A stretch of DNA of 64,000 nt from Octopus vulgaris (GCA_951406725.2 OX597823.1:73904001-73968000); one strand, 5' to 3'. Positions 1-12,670 are shown, numbered from the stretch's first letter. Notes: generated from the letters alone by a model not told the origin. Program-made: numbers and translations.

Positions 1-542
1 ATAGATACGCGATATTCAATATATATGTGTGTGTGTGTATGTGCTTATACATGTATGTGTGTACATATAAATATGTATTTAGATTTGTGAATTGGTATAA
101 TTGTTACTGTATCAATGAAATGCCTTGCAGTATTTAAGCCTGTTCAAATATCCACTAGGTCATTCTTTCTGGGTTGATGAAAACAAAATAGGTGCTCTGG
201 GCAGTTGGTTAGTGGAGTTGCTAGAGTCTTGGACAAAATGTCTTGCAGTATGTCCTTCTAACTCTTTATGCTCTGAGTGCCACAGCAAGGGTGGTGAAAT
301 GACAAAATGGACAGTGGTTTGTAAAAATGAATAATGGTTTGAAGAATCGTTGTAAGGAAACCACCTTTGTATTTCCTACAAGAATTCCATGACGAGCACA
401 TGGCATAGCACTTTACTAGGGAGTAATCTCAGCTTGGATTCATTTAGCAGCCTGATTATGCAGAAAGAAAGATGTTTGTTTGTGTCCCTGACTCAGTGCA
501 TAAACAATGTGTGTTTCTGTGTGTGTATGCATGAATGTGTGT

Positions 543-776
543 GTATAATTGTTAAAGAGGACAACAAACATTAAGGCAAGGCAAACATCTTAAATCATAT
601 ACATTATTATTATTGGAAAAAAATTCAGTCTTACAGCTGTTTCTGTGATATCCCAGAGTATGGGATATCCCAGAAACAGCTGTAAGACATTGGCTTTTTT
701 TCCAATAATGATAATGTATATGACTTGAGATATTTGCCTTGCCTTAACATTTGTTGTTCTCTTTAACAGTTATATA
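543..776. repeat. Foldback element (~115 bp arms) carrying the 3' half of a hammerhead-like motif
   Basis: 543-655 is the near-perfect reverse complement of 661-776. The arm starts TGGGAtaTCCCA-GAAACAGCTGTA. Confidence 0.8.
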
Positions 777-919
777 TCCGCTATGCTGAAAATCTGCAAT
801 GGCTCTATAACTACCATCTTGACTATTACCTTACAGCCCTAGTAATCCGTTACAGCACTTACCTAAAGTATGTAATCATTTAGATCACCAGTGACCTAAA
901 CCCCCATATGTTGTGTATA

Positions 920-1214
920 TATATAAAACAAATGATAGAGATGGAAAATAGAATATGCAAGAAACTTTATTGCTCACAACGTTCATTTCAAAGCATCCTG
1001 CATCACTCTCTCGCGGGTGGGATACTGTACAGCTGGTTATGATGCATCCCTTGGTGCAGATGCATCTCCTGAGCTGATGTTATAAGGGATGCACCGAAAC
1101 CAGTTGTACTGCATCCCATCTACAAGGGATCGATGCAAGATGTGTCGGAATGAGTGATGTGAGCAAGGTAGCTTCTTGTATATTCCTTTACCTGTCTCTA
1201 TCATTTGTTATATA
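920..1214. repeat. Degenerate foldback element
   Basis: 920-1052 is inverted at 1084-1214 (aacaaatgatagaga / tctctatcatttgtt). GAAACCAGTT lies near the centre. Confidence 0.7.
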
Positions 1215-1334
1215 CTCAATGTACGCTGAGTACTTACTGAGGTAGATCCAACAACAATTGTTTAAATGTTGTGGATGATGTCAGGTAGCCAAATGCACTG
1301 AATGTGCTTCATTGGCTCACTACTAGGAACATAA

Positions 1335-2190
1335 ATCCAACAATTTGATACCTCTGTAATAATTCCTGTCTAATGCATCACCTTAACCTTTGTAGCGGTT
1401 GACCATGGTGCTGCTACACCAGTCATTGGGTGTGACAGCTTCATATGTCACCTGGTTGACTATATGGGTGACGAGACTATAGCCAACACCAGCAGATATT
1501 TTAAGCATCTCAGCAGTGATTCCTGATGGGCTGGGGAGGGGGTGTTGGCTTTCCCTGTCTTCGTACCCTTAATTGCTTTATTTATCAAGGTACTGTCAAT
1601 TCGAATAGTTGGTCCCTCTGTTGGGTTGATATTTGGCAGACCCTCTTTCTCACATTAATTCTCTTCATTTAGCAACCTTTTGTAGTGGTGTCTCTAAGTC
1701 TCTCTCTTAGCAGCATCTTTAAGTGCAAGTGAGCCATCATCCATGTGGACACATTCCTCTCCTATGACATGATTCTCTTTCACACTCGGTTTTGTAATAC
1801 GAAACAGTTCAAGTCTCTGGTCCTCACAATGAAGAGCATTGGCAAATTTTTTTCTTATCTCCTTTCCCTCTAGCTAAGTAAACCTGTCTCCTAGCTTCCC
1901 TTCTGGCTATCTGATACAGTTCCCTACTATCACCACACTTCCAGGCCTCCCATGCCTGTTTCTTTTCTCTAATGACCCTGTCAACTACATTTTTCCACCA
2001 CCATATTACTTTAGGTCGACAAGGGACTTTGCACTAGCCACAGATCTGGTCAGTAGCCCTCAACAGGTTCTGTAGGAACCTCCAGTTGTCCTCCACATTA
2101 TGTGATGCTATATCCTCCTCTTTTTCATCCAAAGCTTCAAGTAATACATCTCAAAATCTCTGTCCATTCAGAAGATCTTTAAGCTTCCAA
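1335..2190 (-). mobile_element. Decayed RTE-clade LINE ORF fragment (linker and start of RT)
   Basis: Minus-strand translation gives KVIWWWKNVVDRVIREKKQAW, PSGITAEMLK and YKG*GDALDRNYYRGIKLLD, with stops and frameshifts. Confidence 0.8.
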
Positions 2191-2244
2191 GAGGATCCTT
2201 AAGCTTATATATATATATCTATATATTACATACATGTATATATA

Positions 2245-2437
2245 TATTTCGTTTTTGGATTTGGTTTGCAAGATTCTTTATACAAGTTTGTGTGTTGAAG
2301 CATATTGTATTGTGTCTGGGGAAAGTCATTTTCATTTTGTGCCTTATAATTTAACATACTCACTGGTAAAATTTCCACTTATTTTTATTTTCCTAAAATT
2401 TTCGTTGCATCTTGCAACCTTTTCAGTAGTCTTGACT
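2245..2437 (-). mobile_element. Short repeat family X (probable Penelope pLTR-derived) with hammerhead-like motif
   Basis: Homologous to 12785-13135 and 33482-33720. Minus 2429-2393 reads cta-CTGAAAA-G-GTTGC/GCAAC-GAA-AATT-T-tag. Confidence 0.6.
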
Positions 2438-3499
2438 ATATATATATATATATACATGGCATGAATGTAAATGTGTGTGTATAATTTGCATTTTCATTTA
2501 TTGAGATTTATTGAGGTAGTTGTCTATGGCTGGGTACCCTATCTCTTACCTATATCTTATTATTGAATAATAATGTTTTTCATTTCAGTGGTTATCACAT
2601 GCCAAAATCACAGTGTTTCTGGGCATTTTGTGTATGGAGAATATAAACAAACTTCACTGCTATTAATTCAGTAATGAATGCAACAAACACCCACACATTG
2701 AAATACATGCAAACACACACACAATTTGTGTGTGTGTGTGTGTCTAAGAAAACTTAGCTCATCATTAATTGGATGCACAAGCCTACATACGTTCCTTTTA
2801 TGGAGATGCATAGCAAAATATATAAACAAACAAATAAGTTAGGAATAAATTAAAGATAGGATATTTACCTTAATTAATTAGAAAAAAAAAAAAAAATGAA
2901 GTGAGGCCTAATTGTGAAACTGATCAACAGGAAGTTTCTAGAAATCTTTGGCAATTAAAACATAGAAAAATGAATGAATAGGAGGACCAAAGATTACTTT
3001 AAGAGAAGTGAAAATTTTTGGAGATATGGTTGAGATTTAAAATTATCTGGTTGACAGAAAAATACACAGCAAACTTATATGCACACGTAACTATGTTCCT
3101 TACATACTTGAAAATTTATACATAAATGTGCATTCATATATACACATGCATACAAATGTACACAAACTTATTGGGAAAAGTTAATGCCAACATGCAGGAA
3201 GAAGTCTTCAAATGCATACACACTCACACACACACACATGTATATCATCATCATCGTTTAACATCCATTTTGTGATGTTGGGCGCAAAAATACCTTAAGC
3301 TAAGCCTGAAAGCAATGAAGTCATAAAAGAATCATCCATAACTTGCAGTAAGCAACATTTATTAGACGTTATTACTGTTATTTCTTTATTTTCTGCAAAC
3401 AAAATGCACAAAAAAGCTACACATTTTCATTATGTTATATGTACGATAATAATAAAGGACGTTACCATATACATTTTTACAAACCAAGGACGTTATATA

Positions 3500-3613
3500 G
3501 ACCTCCTTGATTCAAGTTAGAGAAGGGGTGCGTATTATACACAAGATTTAGGTTTTCCAAAGGTACAGCCTCCTAAAAAAAACCCTGCGTATTATACTCG
3601 AGGATTTACAGTA
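3500..3613. mobile_element. Tc1/pogo-type MITE end
   Basis: Repeated tgcgtattatac motif, ending gaggatttacagta. Confidence 0.4.
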
Positions 3614-3842
3614 CTCACATCTGCATCCATATATACACACAGTAGAGGGGAGAGAAGAATATGAAATAACTCTAAGGCAGTATAGGCTCAGTGATAAAAA
3701 CAATAACAGCGACAGCAATAATCACAATAGTAATAGCAACTGGCGTTCAAACTGTTAGTGGCATATATCATATATTGTTTGTTATTATCGAAGGTAATGT
3801 CTGTTCTGTTGTTAAACAGTTGGTTTTCTCTTTTACTTTCAG

Positions 3843-3933
3843 GAATGGAGACATGCCCATGGTATGCGATGCCTTGGAATCCCTAACACTGCTCATTTTG
3901 CCAATGTCACTCTCATTGAAGATGCCTTAGCTT
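3843..3933 (+). CDS. SF3A3: Splicing factor 3A subunit 3 (SF3a60/Prp9), third-last coding exon
   Basis: Polypyrimidine tract plus AG (ttttctcttttactttcag) and a GTAAGT donor. The 91 nt translate to [30 protein letters not shown](L), matching the conserved SF3A3 C-terminal region just after the zinc finger. Earlier exons are not seen in 1-3842. Confidence 0.96.
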
Positions 3934-4112
3934 GTAAGTACTCAGTATTTATTGATTCAGTCATTGTTGTACCCTACTGAGCAAACACTCTTAGACATTT
4001 GGGTGTAATATAAATATTTCATAAACAGGCTATTCATAAACAGGCTTCACATCCAGATTAGGATTGGTCGATATGAAGTAACATTGTAGAACGTTTGGTA
4101 TCTATTCTCCAA

Positions 4113-4345
4113 GGCGGCAAGCTGGCAGAAACGTTAGCACGCTGGGCGAAATTCTTAGTGGTATTTCGTCTGCCGTTACGTTCTGAGTTCAAATTCTGCC
4201 GAGGTCGACTTTGCCTTTCATCCTTTCAGGGTCGATTAAATAAGTACCAGTTATGCACTGGGGTCGATATAATTGATTTAATCCATTTGTCTGTCCTTGT
4301 TTGTCCTCTCTGTGTTTAGCCCCTTGTGGGTAGTAAAGAAATAGG
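4113..4345 (+). mobile_element. tRNA-derived SINE family A, full length
   Basis: A-box-like TGGCAGAAACGTTAG and B-box GAGTTCAAATTC. 16-bp TSD ggtatctatt(c/t)tccaa at 4097-4112 and 4344-4359. Many copies in the window. Confidence 0.9.
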
Positions 4346-5759
4346 TATCTATTTTCCAATGGTAGGTGGAATCAGTGTGCACAAAATGACTAAGTGTTTA
4401 ATAAAATATTTTGCAGGTTTGTTGCAGTGGATTTTTTTTGTGGCACATTCAGAGATGGAAGAGTGCTACCTCTGACATTTCACTGGGCCTCTGAGACTGC
4501 TACAACGTAATAGAGGAAGATAAACCTTAACTTATTGGCCTTGAAGAACATTTGCAACAGTGTAGACTCACCTTTATTCCCAACAGCTGGGTAACTAAGG
4601 CAATTAGAACTCTGTTCTCTTCATGTGGTACATAACAATGTACTATGATGGTCATTGTCGAGCTTCTTGTTTAATATATTCATTTCACAATTTCAAGTTT
4701 ACTTTCCGTATATGTGAACTTTCCAATAGTTTTAGAAGTTAGATTCGTTATTTCTAATTCAGAATTTCAATGTTATTCATTATGATATGGAAATCTGAAA
4801 GACTGGGTTACTACAAAACTCAGACAACCATTTGTCGACTATTTGCTTAGGGCATACAAAGTCTGGATTCTAATATTTAAGCTTCCTCTGTGATGTACAG
4901 AATAAGCACTGTGTAAATATGTAGGATAATTGTGAAATGAATAGTCATTAAACCCATTATTCTGTAATGCAAAGACACTGCTTTTTTAGTAATTTTATGC
5001 TTTAGTTTACAGTAATTTCATTTTTTAAATTCATAATTTAAAACAAAACAAAAATGTCGTAAATTACAAATATAAGCTATAAATTAGGAGATATAATTTA
5101 ATGTATAAATATAATTAATGTTTTGGAGATTAATGTGAAATATGACTATAATTCTGTTACAAACTCAGTCAATATAAGGATTTTTCTTCATTAGGCATAA
5201 TAGAAGACTGACTGAAGTTGATTTAATCAAAATTAATATATTAATGGTATTTATTTTATCAACCTTGGTAGGATTTCAACTTAATAATAAGATGTCTAAT
5301 TAGATTAATAAAAAGTATCTTTCTAGTCAGGCACAAATTAAACCATCAAGAACTAATATAATGAAATATAAATGGCTTTATAATATCTTAATGTTTGAGA
5401 TCATTTATTAAGCTTACAATCGTATCAACATGACCTTTGGGATAATAGTGTTGTTAGGTTTTAGTTTAGAAAAAAAAAATAGGTTCCTGACTTCCTGACT
5501 TCGGACAGATTAAAAACTTACTGCTCAGTTCTACGTCACTTTAAAACTGGAATCTTATATCATAGGACCAAGGGTGGTTTTAAGTGGGGCATAAAGGTTA
5601 ACTTGTATAAAATAACTGCTCCAATTCATTGGCCAGCCATTTTTATGTTAGGAAGAAAGCAAGGCCCATCTCCTCAAGAATGTCTTTTTTTAATTTTATT
5701 TATTTATTTATTTTCTTTATTGAGATTGAAATATGTTGTACAGAAGATAAAATAACTTT

Positions 5760-6128
5760 ACATTATTTACATTTGATGGATAATTTGTCCTCATCTTGTT
5801 TGTTGTTAACACAATGTTTCAGCTGATATACCCTCCAGTCTTTATCAGGTGTCTTGAAGAAATTTCGAATCTGGGTTCTCATTCCTAAGGTAATTTTCGA
5901 TAATAATATCCAGGTCACTGCCTGAAATCCAACTTGGAATCTTGGAGTTAGTAGCCCACACTCTTAACCACTATGCCATATGCTCACGGGCATATGGCGT
6001 ACCTTAGAAATGAGAACCCTGGTTCGAAATTTCCCCAAGACACCTGATGATGGCTGGAGGGTATATCAGCCGAAACGTGTTAATAACAAACAAGATGAGG
6101 ACAAATATCTGTCAAATGTAAATAATGT
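5760..6128. mobile_element. Head-to-head palindrome of a tRNA-headed, hammerhead-bearing short element
   Basis: Arms 5760-5891 and 6001-6128 are inverted. tRNA-like head on minus 5983-5912. Hammerhead motifs at 5808-5853(-) and 6039-6081(+). Confidence 0.75.
6039..6081 (+). ncRNA. Type I hammerhead-ribozyme-like motif (cleavage site damaged)
   Basis: gacac-CTGATGA-T-GGCTG(loop)CAGCC-GAAAC-GT-gtt. The inverted copy supplies the undeleted 3' side, GAAAC-AT-T-gtgtt, which pairs with gacac. Confidence 0.65.
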
Positions 6129-7080
6129 ACATAATTCCTCATCTCTTAAATATAGAATGGTATAAAATAACTTCACTGTCATCCGTTTTCTATTTTACAA
6201 AAATTGTTTAGTTATCTTTATTTTAGACTCAGTTCTTTAGCTGCATTCTGTCAATTCATGGCCAAAACAGAGTTAAGCATATGCACTAACACTAACCTTA
6301 CACTCTCTGATAAACTTTTCAGGAACGATGACACATTTCTCACATAAAGATAGATACACAAATATATTTTGTGTATCTATCAAACCTGAGGCCAAACAAC
6401 AACTACAGCCTTTGACCCACTACTAAATTGGCTCCCTGGGCTAGTGTCTTCTAATGTAGTTTTGAGTAAACCAAATTCTTTAGACTGAAGTTAAAGAACT
6501 TTGTGTCCTTCAGCTATGTGTGTAAGCAAAAGAATATGGAAATTGATGCCTGAAACAAAAATATCTTATTTTGGTTTCTCGAATTTAGTTATTTTACCCT
6601 GAAATCAACTTCATTTTTCTCCTTTATTCAAATAAGTTTTAGAGAAGGTATTAATTAGGATCTACTTAATCTAACTAAAGTCCTTCAAGGCCTTGTCCCT
6701 TGTTGGGGTCCTACAAGGTCCAGCAACTGAAACCAGTAAAAGATTTAAAATAGTAAAGGAATATAACCAGTGTTTTAGTAACAGTAGAAGAGATAAAGCT
6801 ACTGTATGGGCTAGTATATATCTGGGTGTAGAGGGTTGGCGAGAGGGTATTTGGCAGTTGATTAGACAGTCTTTTTATTTTGTTCTTGTTGCAGTCTGGT
6901 GTGTTGTTTAACCTGATGTCAGCCTTCATTGAGCAGACTTTTGGCTCATAAGTAGTTGTTGACTGTGACAGATCTGTTGTTTCAGATACAAATGATGTGT
7001 ACAGTCATCTTTGTTGATGAGTTGTATTCTGCAAATTTAGTTGAAACCTTTTTGATAATTTTACTACAGTTTGGTTGCAA

Positions 7081-7290
7081 TCATCATCATCATTTAATGT
7101 TCATTTTCCATGCTGGCATGGGTTGGCTGGCTTGACAGAAACTGGCTAGGTCAGGAGCTGCATCAGGTTCCATAGTCTGTTTTGGCTAGGTTTCTATTGC
7201 TGGATGCCCTTCCTAAAGCCAACCAATTTATAATGTATTGAGTGTTTTTTATGTGGCACCAGCACCCACACCTATGCTTTTTATGTGGCG
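7081..7290 (-). mobile_element. SINE/LINE 3' end family E with (GAT)n tail
   Basis: Reverse complement of the ttaggaagggcatccagc...gcatggaaa...cattaaatgatgatga motif, also seen at 7835-7980. Confidence 0.6.
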
Positions 7291-7834
7291 CTTTGGTTTT
7301 AGGAACTCAGTTCTGTTGTGGTGGGAGATAAAAAAAAAGTCTTGCTGGTGGTGCAATGCACAATGACATTTTTTTTTCACCCTTATACACATATGCAAGC
7401 ATTCAATTATAGGTGAATATATCCTTGTTTGTTTTGTGGCTTCTTCTAGGAGGTGTCTTTTACAAGTGGACAGCTGAGGGCTTTGAGGATAAACTTACTG
7501 AAGACGATGGTATTACTAGTTTACATTAGAAGTGAAGCATTTTAGCTGCTCATAATAGCTTATATAGAATTGGAATAGCTGTGACCAGCTAGCTGATTTG
7601 AAATATCAGGGTTTCAAGAAACAAGGGATCATGGTGTTGTAGAATGATGTGTGTTACTTTGATTAAGTGCAGTGTAAGAGATGACATGATGAAGTTAGAA
7701 AATATGAGGGCAAGATGAAGACTTTGTTGAGGTATGAGAAAGAGGAGGTGGTGAGTGTTAAGAGGGCTGATCTGGATTTATTGTTGTTTGATCCCAGATT
7801 AATCCTGATCATGCTGGTCTATGATCATATGATC

Positions 7835-7980
7835 ATAGACGTTAGGAAGGGCATCCAGCTGTAGAAATTCTGCCAGATTAGATTGGAGCCTGGTGCAGCC
7901 ATCTGGTTCGCCAGTCCTCAGTCAAATCGTCCAATCCACGCTAGCATGGAAAGCAGACATTAAACGAGGATGATGATGAT
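7835..7980 (+). mobile_element. Family E 3' fragment
   Basis: gttaggaagggcatccagctgtagaa...gcatggaaagcagacattaaacgaggatgatgatgat. Confidence 0.65.
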
Positions 7981-8029
7981 TTAAGGAAAATTTGGCTGCC
8001 GCTTCTAGCACATTATATAATCACATAGA

Positions 8030-8173
8030 CTAGGTGTTAGCAACCTTTTCCAAAGAAGCGGGCTGCATGAGACATAGCTCTTTATCAGGTTGGGTTGCAC
8101 TATTAAAAAATTTCAAAGTAATTTTCCATTAGGAATTCAGGAAATTATGGTAACCACAATTTGCCCATGACTG
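8030..8173. mobile_element. Degenerate hAT-type MITE
   Basis: Termini ctaggtgttagcaacc and ttgcccatgactg, flanked by catagac / gcatagat. Confidence 0.4.
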
Positions 8174-8287
8174 GCATAGATGATGCTTTGTTAGTGAAGA
8201 AGAAATGAGAAAGCTAAAAGGAGGTGTATGTCTTGAAGTTTTTTTGAAATCATCAAGAATGATGTCTGTAAGGAAATGAGTTTAGAT

Positions 8288-9043
8288 CAGTAGTTCTTTA
8301 CCATTTTTTTTTTTACCTGTGAACCCCTTTGATTCCTATTTTATTCAGGTGGATCCTAATAACCATTCCATGTTTAAAATATCATATGATATTTTTATAG
8401 TTAAATGTTAAGAATTGTATTGGAAAACTAGCAGCATAACCCGGCTTTGCCCGGGATTAAGTTCGGATTATTAAGCTAATCAAGTTCTTTCTTTCAAACC
8501 AAACTAAGTAACACCGACGTCAAATTTGGATGAAATCCGTTGAAATTGGTTTACATATATATATATATATAATATAATCCCTATCTGTCTGTTTTGCCTC
8601 TCAATCACTCACTAAAAAGATGAAATTTTTAAAATCTGTTATCTCTCTCTCTCTCTCTCTCACTCACTCCCTCCCTCTCTTTACACCGTCACTAGAAGGG
8701 GACTTAACTCATATTTGCAATTGATAAAAAAATCACTCTTTTTGCCATAGCAACCACATCTTTATAGCTTGCGAATTTTAACCGTCGCGGGTCTCACCTT
8801 CACCATGCATTTAGTATCTCTGCCAATTTTCAGCTCATTCATAGCCTCGGTTTGGCCGCCATTAACCGTCAAAGCAAAATGCATACAATTTTCGTCCAAG
8901 GATTGTTTAATAGATATAGATTGTTAAAATATTTTGTATAGTGTAGAAGTGTAACCAATTTACTGCACATAACTTTAACAACTAAATCATATATTGACCC
9001 CCCCCCCCCCGAGGATCATGTAGACCCCGGTTGAGAACCACTA
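8288..9043. mobile_element. hAT (Charlie-like) MITE interrupted by a Helitron
   Basis: TIR cagtagttctttacc / ggttgagaaccacta. 8-bp TSD gtttagat / atttagat. Confidence 0.7.
8428..8920 (-). mobile_element. Non-autonomous Helitron
   Basis: Minus strand starts TC(TATATC) and ends with hairpin cccggg-caaag-ccggg then CTAG. Inserted at A^T with no TSD. Confidence 0.75.
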
Positions 9044-9051
9044 ATTTAGAT

Positions 9052-9331
9052 CAGTGGAATCCATATGCCACTTAGGGATCCATATGAGTTTATTGTTAAA
9101 ATTTTTTATGCAATAAATTACTCTCTTTTACTCTTTTACTTGTTTCAGTCATTTGACTGTGGCCATGCTGGAGCACCGCCTTTAGTCGAGCAAATCGACC
9201 CCGGGACTTATTCTTTGTAAGCCCAGTACTTATTCTATCGGTCTCTTTTGCCGAACCGCTAAGTGACGGGGACGTAAACACACCAGCATCGGTTGTCAAG
9301 CAATGCTAGGGGGACAAACACAGACACACAA

Positions 9332-9383
<52 letters not shown>

Positions 9384-9716
9384 GACAGGCTTCTTTCAGT
9401 TTCCGTCTACGAAATCCACTCACAAGGCATTGGTCGGCCCGGGGCTATAGCAGAAGACACTTGCCCAAGATGCCACGCAGTGGGACTGAACCCGGAACCA
9501 TGTGGTTGGTTAGCAAGCTACTTACCACACAGCCATTCCTTTATTTCTACAATAAAGGACATTTTAAATTTTTTAATACAATTCCTAATAATGTTTTATT
9601 TATGAAAATACAGTATCTTTTTTATTCTATTTTATATATACTGAATGTTTATTAGGGTCCAGTAGAGTAAAATAGGAACCAAAGGGATCCAAAAAAAAAT
9701 GGTTGAGAAACCTTTG
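9052..9716. mobile_element. Second, inverted copy of the hAT MITE, interrupted by SINE B
   Basis: 9560-9716 is the reverse complement of 8288-8425. Confidence 0.6.
9121..9540 (-). mobile_element. tRNA-derived SINE family B with internal (TA)n
   Basis: Head tggctgtgtggtaag...gggttcagtccc, then cttgggcaagtgtc, a microsatellite, and tail gactgaaacaagtaaaagag. Confidence 0.9.
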
Positions 9717-10207
9717 TTTAAATGGATAAAAGCCTTCCCTAACACTACACAATTTTCTTCTAAAAAAGACCTAAAACCAAAATGTTGGAAGTTTTATTAC
9801 TTCCCATGGCACACAGTCTTAGTCCCCTCCTTTCTGTACATTACATTTCGTTTCTCTTTTCTTCTAATTTTATATGTTTCCTATGCCATTACTCTGATTT
9901 GATCTTTTAACCCATACTGAACCATTATCAACTGCTGTTTCTTATCTACATAATAGAACGGTAGACTCTGGTTTCCTCATTTAGAAGTTTCATTTATCAT
10001 CATTACCATCACTGCCACCACCACCACCACCACCACCACCACCACCACCATTAGCATTCAACATTATTCATATCATTATCATTTTAAGAAAAGATTTATA
10101 GAATGTTTAGTTGCTGGTATGTATATATATCGATGTTACCAGCCCCACCCGACACAGTTTGTACTGCTTCCACATTTATTATCCTGTCTCCTGTTTGTCT
10201 GTGGTTC

Positions 10208-10500
10208 ATATATATATATATAAATGCATACACACACACTCATATATGCATACATACATATATATATGCATATATATATGTATGCATATATATATGTATA
10301 TATGCATGTGTATGTATCTATATATACACACACATATATGCATGTATATATATGTATGCATATATATATGTATATGTGTATGTATATATATACACATGCA
10401 TGTGTATGTATATATATATATATATATATACACATACACATATATGCATATATATATATACACACACACACATATGCATATATATACATATATATATGCT

Positions 10501-10536
<36 letters not shown>

Positions 10537-10564
10537 TGCATATATATACATATATATATGCTTT

Positions 10565-10598
<34 letters not shown>
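10208..10598. repeat. Compound (TA)/(CA)/(TGCA) microsatellite
   Basis: Read directly. Source of the Y/I/H-rich spurious ORFs. Confidence 0.95.
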
Positions 10599-10849
10599 GT
10601 TTCAGCAATATGCAAATGTCCAGTTACAAAATCATACTCTTCATACATAAAGGATTGATGTGAAAAAAAAACAAAAGAAAATTGTGTGTGTGTGTGTGTG
10701 TGTGTTGATTCTGAGTTTGCTTTTCTAAAATTTGGATGCAGCTTGGAAGATATTTGCCAGAGACATTTTTTTAAAACTAAATGAGCCACACTGTTCACTG
10801 TTTTCTCCTTCTTCCCTTTCTTCTCCTTCTTCCCTCTCTCCCTCTCTGT

Positions 10850-10880
<31 letters not shown>

Positions 10881-11151
10881 ACAGCAACAGACAAGACGTA
10901 AAGAAAATTAGATTTCGAAATATTTATACACCAAAACAAGTAAAGAACTGCAACTTTATTTATGAATACAATAAAGGCCAAAGTAAAATAAAAGACTAAC
11001 CTATTTATGAAAAATATGGAAAGAAAACTAAAAAAAAAAAAAAAAAAAAATTTAAAAAATAACTAAAAAAGTAAAAGAGGAACAAAAGATTCTTTCTAAA
11101 CTATAAAATTTTTGCTTTTTATTTTTGAAATTTACTTATTTACATCTTGTT

Positions 11152-11216
11152 TTTATTATTATTATTATTATCATTATTATTATTATTACTATTATTATTA
11201 TTATTATTATTATTAT
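11152..11216. repeat. (ATT)n microsatellite; further (ATC)/(ATT) tracts at 10850-10880 and 11556-11693
   Basis: Read directly. Confidence 0.95.
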
Positions 11217-11810
11217 TTATCTGAAGCAAGGCGTAATATTTCTGGCACCTAATGGTACTGCAATGAATAGGCGGAATGTAATGAGGAAAAGATTTTGAGC
11301 GATAATAACAAAACAAGCTAAAATGCGGTGCAAGTAAAGACAATGTAAAGGATCAGTTTTGTTTGTGAGATTGCATTATTAATTCTTGTGTCGTTATTGA
11401 TAATGAAATATCAAAGTAATGTTTACTATCTTTTTGCTCTGCCTACCCCTCTCTTCCACTTCCTTGCACCGCCATCAGCACCACAGGCATTTCATCAGAA
11501 CATGGTAGTTGTAATAGTAAGTTTGTAATATTGGGCCATAGTAATTGTTTGGTAATATTATCATCATCATCATCATCATCATTATTGTTATCATCATCAT
11601 CATCATCATTATTATTATTATCATTATTATTATTATTAGCATGGAAAGCGGACGCTAAACGATAATGATTATTATTATTATTATTATCATTATTGTCGAT
11701 GATATATTTTTTCCTGTTTAGTTTCTAAATCTTATTTCTGGTGTAAATTTTCTATTTGGCTTCTTTAATCTTTCTTCTAAACTTTTGTCCTTTTCCTAGG
11801 CACTCACATA

Positions 11811-12030
11811 TACAAGGGGGTGCTGAAAAGTTCCTGGCTTTAAGGGTATCCCAAAGGCCTGGTTGGAGGCCCAACCTTCTGAGTTCCTTTACAGGGTTTA
11901 GGAAAACTGAAGGACCACTGCAATAAGTGTGTAAATCTGAGTGGAAAATATGTTGAATAAAATCCTAGTTAACTGATCTTCCTATATGTTCTTTTACCCA
12001 AAGCCAGGAACTTTTCAGTATGCTCTCATA
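11811..12030. mobile_element. Mariner-derived MITE
   Basis: TA-flanked TIR caagggggtgctgaaaagttcctggcttt / aaagccaggaacttttcagtatgctctca. Inverted sister copy at 24815-25033. Confidence 0.7.
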
Positions 12031-12376
12031 CATACATTTCACCCACATCTATCCACCCATGAATGTGCAATATATATGTGTGCATGTATGCATATGCATG
12101 TATGGTAGGTTCTTACATCCATCCATCCATCAGTTAAAAAAATTTGCACTTGTGCATCTGTGAATAGTGGGTATATAAATCTAAGTAGACAGTCTTATCC
12201 ATTAAGCAAATTTTACCAATCAGTCTCACACTGGGTATTAAATGACAAGATATTAAATAACAGCAAGGTTAAGTAATACTGCATGCTCTTCAAAGCTCGA
12301 ATAACAGAGAGCTATCATATATTTTCCATACCTGCCACCTCTGAAGAGTGCCTAGTATTATTTAAGTGTGCTTGAA

Positions 12377-12670
12377 GGCACATGGCTCAGTGGTTAGAAC
12401 GTCAAGCTTATGATCGTGAGGTTATGAGTTCGATTCCCAGACCGAGCTGCATATTGTGTTCTTGAGCAAGACATTTTATTTCACGTTGCTCCAGTTCACT
12501 CAGCTGTAGAAATGAGTTGCGACATCACTTTGCCTTTCCCTTGGATTACATTGCTGGTATGCATGGGTGACTGCTGGCCTTCCATAAACAATCTTGCCCG
12601 GACTTCTACCTCGGAGGGTAACTTTCTAGCTGCAATCCCATGGTCATTCATGACCAAAGGGGGTCTCCCC
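12377..12670 (+). mobile_element. tRNA-derived SINE family C
   Basis: A box TGGCTCAGTGG, B box GAGTTCGATTC. Central gtgttcttgagcaagacattt...cagctgtagaaatg resembles a V-domain core. Confidence 0.85.

Noticed and set aside
3691-3930. 79-aa ORF with signal-peptide-like start
   Set aside because: It overlaps the SF3A3 exon in the wrong frame and crosses the splice acceptor.
4417-4590. Possible poison exon in the SF3A3 intron (ttttgcag...gtaact)
   Set aside because: Weak polypyrimidine tract and donor. Such sites arise by chance in 15 kb and cannot be supported without RNA data.
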